IMG/VR virus record: IMGVR_UViG_3300044673_000327
Span: 1 to 64,000 of that record
DNA: 64,000 nucleotides
Direction: 5' to 3' (one strand)
DNA from: a virus
Shown here: piece after piece, positions 46,623-56,031 of the stretch
Position numbering within the stretch: position 1 is the stretch's first letter
How the letters are laid out: each line of letters begins with the position of its first letter
Notes under the pieces: generated by a model
Told to the model about the DNA's origin: nothing
What the model saw: the letters and a program-made list of their open reading frames with translations, nothing else
Database searches by the model: none
Translations under genes and position numbers: made by a program

Positions 46623-48258
46623 AGCCGAGTTCGTTAAATATAGTTTCTAGGGAACGCTGGATCATCGGAACCACCGGCAGACTCGCCGATAGCGGTAAAC
46701 CGGGGTTAGCCTGATCGGGAAGTTGGAGAAGGTTTTGGTAGATCCCGAGCAATTGTTGTGTCGTACCCGCGACCGCGTTGAGATAGCGGAACGGATACCC
46801 ACCACTTAACATTCCTATCTTTTCCTTCTCCGTCTTCTCGGGGAAAAGGAAAGTCAGGGCATCGAGCGATCGCACACCCAACTCCTGAAGGTTACGGGTA
46901 ACGATAGATTTCTTCTGGAGATCGTCGGGACTATCCTCGAATACAGAACCTTTCCATCGCCACTCGATCGTTCTCTTACCGAGGGGGGGCAAGCCGAAAA
47001 CACCCTCGGGTAGGGGAGTACCCGCTTGCATCATGGCGTTAAACTCCTCGACCGATACGGGTTCGGTATTCGGATCTCTACCGAGGGCGATCGTCAGACT
47101 TCTCAGGAATAGATCTTCCTCGATCGCTAGAATCTTCTCTAAAACCTTACAGATACCGTGGGTGTAGATAGCGACGGCTTTTTTCTTCGCGGTCGTGGCG
47201 ACCTTACCGTACACCGTCTTCATCTCGTAAGCGGTAGCGGACGCGTGAATCCCCCGCTCGTCGATACCCCCGAGGGCGAAGTGGATAGCCTCCCGCTCCT
47301 GTTGGACGTGATTGAACTGATCGGGACTCACGGGATCGGGGGTGATAAAAGCGAATCGCTCATCCGCCCCGACGTTACCGATCACCTGCTTGAGTCGGAA
47401 TCCCTTCGAGGTCATTCCCCCGCGTCTGGGATCGCCCTTACGGGTGGAGAACGAGTTATTGCCGTACCATCCCGAGTTAGCGGCGACGGTATTGGCGCGG
47501 TTGAGATTGCGGGAACCCCATCCCCCCGCTTCCTGTAGTTCGGAGGGAGATCGGGTACTGACTAAAATGGGATGACCGAAGAAGGCGAGGTTCTCCTGAA
47601 TCGCCACGACATCGGCGTTGTGCGCCTCGATCTGGGAGCGGAACGGCTCGAAGTCCCCCGTACCCGGTTGACCCTTCCCTTTCGAGTTATTCTTGATCAC
47701 CACCACGGGGATAAACCCGAGGGAGTTCTTGAAGGTCTGTCTATTGGGTGTCTGGATCTCGGAATCGAACGAGGGTCGGGATTCGTACTCCTCCTGATAG
47801 ACGAGATCTTTGGTGAGGATTAATTTAATCCACGATTCTTTCTTCCAGTTATCGGTTTTGCCTACCTTGTTAAAAGGGTAGATCACGATCGCCCGCTCTA
47901 TTTCCCCATCGCGATCGTAGTAAACGCGATACTGTCCCCTCTCGTAGAAATAGATGTCGTAGGTGGCTTTCTTATTAGGACGAAAGTAGACGAGTTGTTC
48001 GCCCTTACAGATATGGATCTGCCAGATCCGTTCCATCTGTAAATCGAGTTGATTGTGCTTTACGATGTCCTCGATAAAACCCTTACGAGTCCCCCGATCG
48101 TCATCTTGAGTGGGGTAATATTCTACCCCGGCTCTCAATCCGAACATGGTCATTTGAGAGACGTGGTTCTGCACCACCATCGTCCGCGCCTCTTCCTCGT
48201 TCGGGAAAGACTCGGGGTAGAGGTAACTATTAACGAGATCGTCTAGGGTCGCTGACAT
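45988..48258 (-). CDS. portal protein
   Basis: Size and synteny; NSLGFIPVVVIKN motif; low-complexity C-terminal tail. Confidence 0.8.
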   Translation of the reverse strand: MSATLDDLVNSYLYPESFPNEEEARTMVVQNHVSQMTMFGLRAGVEYYPTQDDDRGTRKGFIEDIVKHNQLDLQMERIWQIHICKGEQLVYFRPNKKATYDIYFYERGQYRVYYDRDGEIERAIVIYPFNKVGKTDNWKKESWIKLILTKDLVYQEEYESRPSFDSEIQTPNRQTFKNSLGFIPVVVIKNNSKGKGQPGTGDFEPFRSQIEAHNADVVAIQENLAFFGHPILVSTRSPSELQEAGGWGSRNLNRANTVAANSGWYGNNSFSTRKGDPRRGGMTSKGFRLKQVIGNVGADERFAFITPDPVSPDQFNHVQQEREAIHFALGGIDERGIHASATAYEMKTVYGKVATTAKKKAVAIYTHGICKVLEKILAIEEDLFLRSLTIALGRDPNTEPVSVEEFNAMMQAGTPLPEGVFGLPPLGKRTIEWRWKGSVFEDSPDDLQKKSIVTRNLQELGVRSLDALTFLFPEKTEKEKIGMLSGGYPFRYLNAVAGTTQQLLGIYQNLLQLPDQANPGLPLSASLPVVPMIQRSLETIFNELGYVRPIEPATPTDNPFPTGSSAYDDYIAGLSSASPDAEPTTGANGANGSVPAATNLSDPAILEYLTGTKYGVSTNPGINPAYNYTPLQATGIYPNATILGTLGTGAGSPSDGLSGGAGVYAGGNSIRPEYLAGLPVPGSDVGQSTTGDGSGSLPELQRFSPGLRDSLAPVPPDLSATTATQLFPTYTQFKQQRNSRTGSKPKSKSKSKSTRK

Positions 48259-48261
48259 GAT

Positions 48262-48777
48262 CTACTCGGATAGATTAGAGGGGAGGGTCGCGGGGGCGGG
48301 AAAGATATTCGGTTTGGGTTTCTGTACCCGAGACACCAGATCGTTATGCTTGGCGTGGATCTCCTTGAGGGCGATCTGACAGGTTCCGAGTTGTTGTTGG
48401 AGTTTGGAGATGTACTCGTCCCGTTCGGCGATCGCTTTATCCTTCTCGGCGATAACCCGATTAGCCTGAACGCGATAGGTATCGAGTTGGTATTCGAGGT
48501 TATAGATCCTCTCCTGTAATTGCCGCTCTCTCGATTCGAGTTCGTTGATACGGGTATTGAGTCGGATACGATCGTTCTCTAGCGCTTCCCAGAAAAGTTT
48601 TTTCTCGGACTCGAACATCTTGGAGAGTTCGCCCTGCACGAACTTGTCGTACTCCAGATCGATCTCCCGAGAGCTTTTACGATCGCGGAAACGACCCGTG
48701 ACGTAGGCGGAAGCGAACCCGGTGATCGTGCCGATAACACCGGTAATAACTTGAGGGTTGAGTAGGGATTCGAGCAT
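48262..48777 (-). CDS. TM-anchored coiled-coil protein
   Basis: N-terminal hydrophobic helix followed by heptads. Confidence 0.65.
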   Translation of the reverse strand: MLESLLNPQVITGVIGTITGFASAYVTGRFRDRKSSREIDLEYDKFVQGELSKMFESEKKLFWEALENDRIRLNTRINELESRERQLQERIYNLEYQLDTYRVQANRVIAEKDKAIAERDEYISKLQQQLGTCQIALKEIHAKHNDLVSRVQKPKPNIFPAPATLPSNLSE

Positions 48778-48833
48778 GGTAGATAACGGGGTGAAAGGAA
48801 TGAGAGAAGGGGAGAGGAGAGAGGAGAAAAGAT

Positions 48834-49109
48834 TTATAGCGTGTTCGGAGACGGTTCGTAGTATTCCTTACCCGCGACCTGTCCGTTATTCCAAGCGTAA
48901 GAAGATAGGGGAAGAGACGGGGGAGTGGCGACGGGTTGTGGTTTAGGCTTTTTCCGATTAGCGGACGAGGGATCGATCGCTAAAAGTTCTTGTCGTAATA
49001 CTTGAGCCTTGTCTAAACCCTCGTCCTCGATTAGAGCTTTTAAACGAGGGGAGAATATTACATCCATCGGGTAATACTCGGTACGCTTGATTTTTCGATC
49101 GCCGTTCAT
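48834..49109 (-). CDS. hypothetical protein
   Basis: Shares AGKEYYEPSxNTL with the next gene. Confidence 0.6.
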   Translation of the reverse strand: MNGDRKIKRTEYYPMDVIFSPRLKALIEDEGLDKAQVLRQELLAIDPSSANRKKPKPQPVATPPSLPLSSYAWNNGQVAGKEYYEPSPNTL

Positions 49110-49183
49110 GATCTTGAGAGAAGAGGAATGAGAGGAGAGGAAAGATTAATTAATCGATCGATTAATCAATGCGATGGAGAGAT

Positions 49184-49882
49184 CTAGGGATTCCAGAAGT
49201 CGGGATAATCGCCCTCGGTGTAATCGTCCTTGGGGTATTCCTCGGGATTATTCTTGGGAATCGCCGAATTAAAACCCTGTAATGTATTCGCGGACGGTTC
49301 GTAGTATTCCTTGCCGGCGGGAGTTCCATCACTCCACGAGTAAGAGGCGATCGGCTCGGGTTCTTTGGGAGTCTCGGGAGCGGGCGCGGGAGTAGACTTC
49401 GGGGCTTTGAGAGAACGGATTTCTTTTTGAAGTTCGGCGATCATCTCGGCGAGGTGATTACCCTCTAGAGGTTTCTCGATCGCTTTAGGTACGAGATCGG
49501 GATAGTCGGGTTCTCGATCGGGGGAATCAAATATCCGACGACCGGTCATCGGATCGAACGGGGGAAATTTTAATAACTCTCGATCTTTATTGATAGGGGA
49601 AGCGATCGCCTTACTCTTTCTGGTAACGCTAGGTTGACCGGGTTTACGGCGACGCTTGGGTTTGGTCTCGGGTTCGGGGGAGGGGAAAGGAATTAGCCTT
49701 CCGTCCGCGCTCTCGATGGGAGTAAAAGGTTGTCGGAGGTTAGCGATCGCTTTGGATAGGGACTCGATCGCCCGGGCGGAGTGGTACATATCCTCGAACG
49801 TATCGAGGTAGGGAAGTTCGGTGACGAGGTTAGCGATAGTCAACCGGAGGGTTTTATCGAGATCGACGGGGAAAGAGGTCAC
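49184..49882 (-). CDS. Pro-rich hypothetical protein
   Basis: Motif C variant at 49911-49921. Confidence 0.65.
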   Translation of the reverse strand: MTSFPVDLDKTLRLTIANLVTELPYLDTFEDMYHSARAIESLSKAIANLRQPFTPIESADGRLIPFPSPEPETKPKRRRKPGQPSVTRKSKAIASPINKDRELLKFPPFDPMTGRRIFDSPDREPDYPDLVPKAIEKPLEGNHLAEMIAELQKEIRSLKAPKSTPAPAPETPKEPEPIASYSWSDGTPAGKEYYEPSANTLQGFNSAIPKNNPEEYPKDDYTEGDYPDFWNP

Positions 49883-50096
49883 GATCGTTCGGGGTTTCGG
49901 GAACGATCGCTAGTCTTCCTATGTTCGAGTCGATTAAAAGGAATTTTCCGGTAGGGTTTTATCGGAAATTGTCTGGAGTTCTGGAGGGGGGGAAAGAGAT
50001 CGCTATCTCCGGAGCGGGAGGCGATCGCCTAAAAGGTTATCGGTGGGATTCGATCGCCGTCGGGGAGATCGCCGGGGGATGGGTGAGAGACGATCC

Positions 50097-50406
50097 CTTT
50101 TTTAGGTAAGCCCTTCGGGTTATTCGAGGATGTAATCATTCAGGAAATTTTATGACCACTTATGAATACCCGAGAGGGTATCAGATCACCCATCACGATA
50201 ACGGTCAACGATCGATCTCGGTCGTTGACGAGAATGGAAACACGCTATTAGACGCGAGCCTTCCCGCTCGCGACGAATTCGATCGAGAGTTCACCCGAGA
50301 CTTCATTCTTTTCTTTTCGGGGATGGTAAGTCCTGAAATATTCGACTTTCACTTCCCCTTTTAATTTATTCCCCTCTTCGGAGGGGATTTCTTTTTGTCA
50401 CGGGCT
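50097..50406 (+). mobile_element. cassette 1 (motif A ... hairpin-T-tract-CACGGGCT)
   Basis: CTTTTTTAGGTAAGCCCTTCGGG-N11-TGTAAT; CACGGGCT at 50399. Confidence 0.75.
50152..50364 (+). CDS. cassette 1 cargo, hypothetical protein
   Basis: AGGA RBS. Confidence 0.7.
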   Translation: MTTYEYPRGYQITHHDNGQRSISVVDENGNTLLDASLPARDEFDREFTRDFILFFSGMVSPEIFDFHFPF

Positions 50407-50468
50407 GAGGGATGGGTGAGTATCGATCGCCTTCCTTTCATAGCGATCGCCTATCGGTGGGAGACCAC

Positions 50469-51210
50469 GACTCTTTTTAGGTAAGCCCTTCGGGGAGATG
50501 GTCGGTGAATATTCAGCCTTTAAGGAGGCACTTCTATCATGACTACCGTAACCAGCACCACCGTTTCCGCTTCCGTTGCCGTTTCCGTAGCTCAGTCGTA
50601 TCCGTATATGACTTTCTACGCGAACGGGAAACGCGCGCGCGTGCAGTTATTCATCGGGTTCGATTGTGGACGTGAACGCGCGGAAGCGATCGTGAACTCG
50701 ATCGTTGCCAAGTATCCCACCGCTTCTTTAGCGAAGTGGGAGGACGGTAGCAAGGTCTTCACCGAACGCTACTGGTGCAATACCCAGAAGCGTCTCGTGC
50801 GTAGCGATCGCAAGGGATTCGTCTTGAATATCCCGATGGGCGACATGGTTGTTCCCTCGGAATCCAAGCCCGGTTTCCGCAAGCTCGACGTGTTGCGCGC
50901 TTGGGTTAATGCGACCCAGAAGCCCCGCCTTGTCGGGCAACTGGAAGCGAATCTCGCCACGTCAGCGTCGGGTTCGGGCGCGGAAGTGGACGTGACCGCG
51001 GGAACTCAACCCCCCGCGAGCGATCGCCGTTCCGAGTTAGAGGCTATGGCATGGTCTGACCTTCTGAAACTCGCCCAATCGCTCAATAAGCCTAAGTCTC
51101 TCAAGAAGAAAGCTGAACTCGTAGCCTTCATCCTAGAGAACGAATTCTAATCTCTTTCCTCTCTTCTCCTTCCTCCTCTTCCGGGGGAAGGTTTCTTTTT
51201 GCCACGGGCT
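50469..51210 (+). mobile_element. cassette 2
   Basis: Motif A at 50473; CACGGGCT at 51203. Confidence 0.75.
50539..51150 (+). CDS. cassette 2 cargo with C-terminal Rho_N/HeH-like domain
   Basis: AAGGAGG RBS; SELEAMAWSDLLKLAQSL...KKAELVAFILE. Confidence 0.75.
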   Translation: MTTVTSTTVSASVAVSVAQSYPYMTFYANGKRARVQLFIGFDCGRERAEAIVNSIVAKYPTASLAKWEDGSKVFTERYWCNTQKRLVRSDRKGFVLNIPMGDMVVPSESKPGFRKLDVLRAWVNATQKPRLVGQLEANLATSASGSGAEVDVTAGTQPPASDRRSELEAMAWSDLLKLAQSLNKPKSLKKKAELVAFILENEF

Positions 51211-51256
51211 GAGAGTACGGGAAGGGAATATGCCGCGTCCTCCCGTCACGAACCAT

Positions 51257-51558
51257 GACTCTTTTTAGGTAAGCCCTTCGGGTTATTCGAGGGTGTAACT
51301 TACCACTAAGGTACTTCTATCATGACTACCAAATCTGTTCGTCGCATCATCTTAACCGCTCATGTCGTTGGTTATAAACCAGTGACCACCACGGCTAAGA
51401 ACGATAAAGAAGTTCAACTCAGAATCGTACAATCCCTCGAACATTTCTCGAAACTCGGTGTTCAATCCGATAAAGTAGAAATTCAACGCGCTTATCTATA
51501 ATCCATCTCCCTATCCTTCCCTCATCTCGGGGGAAGGATTTCTTTTTTACCACGGGCT
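51257..51558 (+). mobile_element. cassette 3
   Basis: Motif A at 51261; CACGGGCT at 51551. Confidence 0.75.
51322..51501 (+). CDS. cassette 3 cargo, 59 aa (not in the ORF track)
   Basis: MTTKSVRRIILTAHVVGYKP...; start context identical to cassette 2. Confidence 0.7.
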   Translation: MTTKSVRRIILTAHVVGYKPVTTTAKNDKEVQLRIVQSLEHFSKLGVQSDKVEIQRAYL

Positions 51559-51645
51559 TTCGTTTTATTCCTATTACTAACACCTCATCCCTGTAGTATG
51601 TCGCGTTAGAATATAAGGGTAGTATTTGTATTCCTTGAAAGATAC

Positions 51646-52221
51646 ATGGACGTTACGATTAAGCTGATTACTAGCGTTTCTCAACGGGACAGTTTACAGG
51701 CGATCGCCGATCGCTACCGAGCCGCGAGGGAATGGTTGGACGAGACGGCAGATCCGAGGCTTATCAGTTACTCGGGGATCTACCAACTCTATTACGGGGA
51801 GTTACGGGAACGTTTCGGATTAGGAGCGCACCAATCCCAACAGGTCTGTCAGGAGGTTTCGATCGCGAGGGGGGTGGCTCGAAAGAACGATGGGGTCGTA
51901 ACTTTCGAGCGGGATTCGTTCACCCTACATAGCGGGGGTTTTAGCGTCTTCGTGGGGAAGTCGTCCAAACAGAACCTATCCCTCAGTATAACCGGGCTAT
52001 CGGGGCGGGAGTATTACGCCCTCAAGTCGGGAGTCCGTTACTACAGTGTCTTCGTCAAGAAGGGAACGATCGCCAAGAAAGCGCGGGTGTTCCTCGGCGA
52101 TGACGGTATCTGGCGAGTGACCGTGACCCTCGCCGATCGTCCCGCGGGGAAAGAGCCGAATCACAAGGAGGCGATCCGAACCTTTAACGCGGATTGCGTG
52201 AGTCGGAAGATCGGGATCTAG
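51646..52221 (+). CDS. TnpB-like N-terminal half lacking RuvC
   Basis: TIKL...YRAAREW...YYGELRERFGLGAHQSQQV...GIWRVTVTL; no GxDxG follows. Confidence 0.6.
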   Translation: MDVTIKLITSVSQRDSLQAIADRYRAAREWLDETADPRLISYSGIYQLYYGELRERFGLGAHQSQQVCQEVSIARGVARKNDGVVTFERDSFTLHSGGFSVFVGKSSKQNLSLSITGLSGREYYALKSGVRYYSVFVKKGTIAKKARVFLGDDGIWRVTVTLADRPAGKEPNHKEAIRTFNADCVSRKIGI

Positions 52222-52360
52222 TACATCGGGGGTGGAAAGTTTTTCTTCACCCCCGTTCTCGATCGCGCGACGACCTTTCCTAACCGCGCGACAGGCTGTT
52301 GAAATAGTTAGAATCACCAAAATTTTTTTCTCATGCAGAGCGGGGTTTCCACGAAATCGC

Positions 52361-52522
52361 TAGATATATTATTAGATATTTTTTAAATTCTTCTTTCTTC
52401 TCCCGAACACCTGTACTGTACGAGGAACTTAGTACGATCGGGGGAGGGGAAAGGGAGAGGAGAGGAAGGAATGAGTTTTTATTTTCTTTTTCAGTCGTGG
52501 GATGGATAGACCCCCGAGTGTT
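52361..52522 (+). repeat. diverged non-coding copy of the rep-gene origin-like segment (9975-10130)
   Basis: Shared TTATTAGATA, TTCTTTCTTCTCCCGAACA, GAGTTTTT and CCCCCGAGTGTT in the same order. Confidence 0.7.
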
Positions 52523-52882
52523 AGCGAGGGGATGGGGGTGATGGAGAGATGGTAGACGGGAGCGAACGCTATCCCCCTCCCGCGGGACGGAGAGACTAGG
52601 GCGAGGTTTAAATCCCCTCTAGTAGGCTTCGGGATAGTCGGCTATCTCTTTACCCCACTCGTGGGATTCAAGACCTTTAAGCGAGGTTTATAACCCACTA
52701 GAGAGGGCTAAGGACTAGGATTATCCTCTCGTGTTAACCCAAGTCTTTTCGAGGGGAAGAGATCGCCCGCCCCGTGTAGTATGTTTGTAGTTCACTTATC
52801 AAGAGCGTTGACGTTCCCCGATCGCCCCGTTATTAAACATCGCAACTATGCTACGTCCTCTATAGTTGCTGTTAGAATTAAA

Positions 52883-52910
52883 GGATAGCTACGCTATATA
52901 GGGTATGAGT
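52883..52910 (+). promoter_or_regulatory. motif B (copy 7)
   Basis: GGATAGCTACGCT-N10-TGAGT. Confidence 0.7.
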
Positions 52911-53016
52911 TAATTCGTTGGGGTAATTAACTCTATCTTCTTCTTTCATAGAGCTTTCGGTATTAGTAGATCGTTCTAGGAAGGGAAAGATATTTCCGAA
53001 CTTGTCGTCTACCCCC

Positions 53017-53647
53017 GACTCTTTTTTAGGTAAGCCCTTCGGGGTAATAGTAATTGTAATCAACTCAACTTGAGGTTTAATTCTATGCGTAGCATGAACG
53101 TCCATATCATCTCGGGCAACATCGGCGGATATATCACCAAAGTTCGCAACGAACAAGGTGAACTCGAACGTAAGTTCTTCGACCGTCCAGTGATGAGCAA
53201 GACTTCTTCTGGCAAGAAGCTTATCATCCTGACCGTCGCCGTGACCGTCGGTGTCAAGAAAGGTGACGAGTGGACGAACGAAACCCTCTGGAAGGAATTC
53301 CGCTTCTGGGATAACGATGCCTCTTTCCTCGCGGAGTATTCCGCTCAGGGAAATTTCATCGAGATCCAGTACGAGGAAATCCCGAACGTTTGGATGGACG
53401 AGAACGGCAAGAAACGCTACGGCGATCCCGATCTCCGCGTCGTCCGGTTCGTTCTTCCTAAGATGAATCGTTCTGCCAAACCCTCGAACGGTGACGATGA
53501 CTTCGAGGCGATGACCGTCCCGACCGAGGCTCCCGAACTAACTGCCGAAGAGTTAGCCGACATCCCCATGTAATCCCGATTTCAATCTCCTAATCCGGCT
53601 CCCTAGTCCTCTTCGGAAGACTAGGGATTTTCTTCTTTCCACGGGCT
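53017..53647 (+). mobile_element. cassette 4
   Basis: Motif A at 53021; CACGGGCT at 53640. Confidence 0.75.
53085..53573 (+). CDS. ssb: single-stranded DNA-binding protein
   Basis: VHIISGNIG, LTVAV, ETLW...FW, GNFIEI OB-fold pattern; acidic tail ending DIPM. Confidence 0.8.
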   Translation: MRSMNVHIISGNIGGYITKVRNEQGELERKFFDRPVMSKTSSGKKLIILTVAVTVGVKKGDEWTNETLWKEFRFWDNDASFLAEYSAQGNFIEIQYEEIPNVWMDENGKKRYGDPDLRVVRFVLPKMNRSAKPSNGDDDFEAMTVPTEAPELTAEELADIPM

Positions 53648-53675
53648 TTCCCCCAACTCTCAACAGGTTATCCCC

Positions 53676-53942
53676 ATGAGCTACGAATACCAGTACGACA
53701 CCGATCGCTATCCCGTTCCCGCCTATCCCGAGAACGAACACCTGGACGAACCGACCCTCACTCCCTACGACAAGGGGCTATTCGACGGAGTGACCTATAA
53801 CCTTTCCGAGGAATTGATCCGGCACATCGACGATGCCGATTACGTTCGGGGATACCTCGATGGAGTGCGGGAGGCGATCGCTTCCAAGAGATACCTTCTC
53901 TCCCTACAGGGGAAGGTTAAACCCCATCCCGATAGCTTCTGA
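53676..53942 (+). CDS. hypothetical protein
   Basis: YDKGLFDG / YVRGYLDG repeat. Confidence 0.6.
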   Translation: MSYEYQYDTDRYPVPAYPENEHLDEPTLTPYDKGLFDGVTYNLSEELIRHIDDADYVRGYLDGVREAIASKRYLLSLQGKVKPHPDSF

Positions 53943-54100
53943 ACGCGGTACGCTACGCTCGAACTACAATTCGGGGAAGTAGGATTGACCCGGTTCTCTC
54001 CGTTCCCCGTCAATCCCCCGCGTACCCTCTAGAATATTTTCGGGGTAGCCTTTTCCATCCCCCCGAATATCTCTTTTCCCTACACGCGCGGGTATTATAT

Positions 54101-54421
54101 CTCTATTAGGTTAGCCCTTCGGGGCGTTCGGCAGTTGTAATTCCACTTGAGGTTTATTATGCGATTAATAACGATTGTCGGTGATGCGGTTCCCCGTGGC
54201 GGGACATATCACGCGGTAGCCGTGTACGAAACTTCTGCGGGTCGTCGTACCAAGACCGTAACTATTCCGGGATTTACCGGAACCTATCGAGGGTTTTGGG
54301 ATCGACAACCTTTCGATGAAGTATTGAACATCGACGAAGTTCCTAGTTGGCTATTGAAATAATTCTTTTATCTCTTTCCTTCTCTCATCTCGGGGGAAGG
54401 ATTTCTTTTTTGTCGCGGGCT
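54101..54421 (+). mobile_element. cassette 5
   Basis: ATTAGGTTAGCCCTTCGGG-N12-TGTAAT; CGCGGGCT abuts the TerL stop codon. Confidence 0.7.
54159..54362 (+). CDS. cassette 5 cargo, hypothetical protein
   Basis: GAGG RBS. Confidence 0.7.
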   Translation: MRLITIVGDAVPRGGTYHAVAVYETSAGRRTKTVTIPGFTGTYRGFWDRQPFDEVLNIDEVPSWLLK

Positions 54422-56031
54422 TAATTCCTCGCGTGGAATTCCTCCATCGCAGTCTCCAGTCTCCGACGTACACCCAATCCCTTGAAGGCGAGGGCGAGGG
54501 AATCCACACAATCGTTATAGGCAACGGAACCGAATTGGGTTAGCTCGTTAATCCACGGACTCCAATCGATATACCGATTGAAGTAGACTAACCCGTTGTG
54601 GAATAGACCCGTCATGCCGAGAAGATGACTCAGCTTATCGCCCCCGAGTTTGATGCCGTACACCTGCATCGAGTACAGTCCCTTCTCGTTGTGGATGTAT
54701 TGAGTGAAGTCCATGACAAGGGATGCCTGATACGCCACGTCCTCGATGTAAACACGCCACGGGGTAACGCCATCGTCCCATTCCTCGTATAGTTCCAATA
54801 TCACCTCGCACTTATCGAGGTTGGATACCCACTTCCCGCGTCTACCATCGAGAACGTAGAAATGATCGCCTCTTTTCCCGAGTAGGGTGATGACGGTATA
54901 ACAGGCTTTTTCTTTCTCCGATACGGCGAGATCGATACCGATAGCGAAGGAATCGAACGCGGTTCCGAGGGGGATGTCTTTGTAGAGAATCCACGAGGGA
55001 TCGATGCTCATCCCCTCGACTCGAACGACAACGTTCTGGTACTGGAACGAGAAGCCGAAGGGGTCTTCCCTCTGGAGTGTCTTGAGCTTTTCTGTCGGCC
55101 ACCAATCGGGCCAGTAGGAAACGAGATTCCCCGAACCGTCATCGATAAGCGCCGATTGCTCGATAACCTTCCAGCCCTTTTCGGTCGTAAAGTCGGTGCA
55201 GTATATGTCATCGGGACGCATCCGAGTCCCTACACAGATCATCCGACCCCCATCGAGTAGGGTCGGTTTGATAACCGAATGGAACTTGGTTTGAATCTTC
55301 TCTCTCGTCTTGAGACTGGCGATGTCATCGGGAGATTTGATGATGTCGTCGAAGATAATAAGATGAGTACGCTTACCGACAATGGAACCGGTGATACCCG
55401 TCGCGAGCATCGTGTAATCCTCGCCCCCCGTGTTATCGATTCCCGCCCACTTGCGATCGATCGTCCAGTAAGTATCGCTCCATTTATTCCCCTTGCGAAT
55501 ACAGGGAAAGACTTTCCGGTATTCTTCCCCGGTGAGGGTGTCTTTGATGATACCGCTTCTAGCTAGAGCGATCGCTTGAGAGGCGGAAGCGTAAAGAATC
55601 TGTAAGGCGATACCTTCGAGGGCGTGAGTACCGATCGCCCATGCCACGAACATATCGATGCGGGTACTCTTCGCCGAACCGCGAGGGCTGAGGATCAGGA
55701 TATTATCCCCAGCTATCCCTCGAAGGTGTCGGCTATCGTTGCCCGTGACGAGGTGTTCGTCCCATCTCTTGTGATGCTCCGCCCCCGCGAGAGATTTATC
55801 GGGGGGTAGATTACGGGTGACATACCAACAGAAGTAATCGAAGTCTTTCCTCGCCCGAAGAATCTCCTCGTCGTCGGTATGCCATCGATTCTCTTTTGCG
55901 ATCGCCCCCTGCCGTTCTAGTTCTCTCTCCTCGGCGCGGGCGATCTCTATATCCACGAGAGCGCGACGGTATCGGTTCTTCTTGCCCGTACCGCTCGACC
56001 TGTTCCCCCTCGTTCCCGTCCTCGATGCCAC
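54421..56031 (-). CDS. terL: terminase large subunit
   Basis: PRGSAKST (Walker A), LIIFDD (Walker B), GTR, GIDLA, DCVDS nuclease motifs. Confidence 0.93.
   Translation of the reverse strand: MASRTGTRGNRSSGTGKKNRYRRALVDIEIARAEERELERQGAIAKENRWHTDDEEILRARKDFDYFCWYVTRNLPPDKSLAGAEHHKRWDEHLVTGNDSRHLRGIAGDNILILSPRGSAKSTRIDMFVAWAIGTHALEGIALQILYASASQAIALARSGIIKDTLTGEEYRKVFPCIRKGNKWSDTYWTIDRKWAGIDNTGGEDYTMLATGITGSIVGKRTHLIIFDDIIKSPDDIASLKTREKIQTKFHSVIKPTLLDGGRMICVGTRMRPDDIYCTDFTTEKGWKVIEQSALIDDGSGNLVSYWPDWWPTEKLKTLQREDPFGFSFQYQNVVVRVEGMSIDPSWILYKDIPLGTAFDSFAIGIDLAVSEKEKACYTVITLLGKRGDHFYVLDGRRGKWVSNLDKCEVILELYEEWDDGVTPWRVYIEDVAYQASLVMDFTQYIHNEKGLYSMQVYGIKLGGDKLSHLLGMTGLFHNGLVYFNRYIDWSPWINELTQFGSVAYNDCVDSLALAFKGLGVRRRLETAMEEFHARN

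Noticed and set aside
50100-50110. TTTTTTAG|GTAAG resembles eukaryotic splice sites
   Set aside because: The context is a bacteriophage, three of seven copies read GTTAG, and the cargo ORFs are uninterrupted.
51646-52330. Active IS200/IS605 element
   Set aside because: No tnpA, no RuvC motifs and no recognisable element ends.
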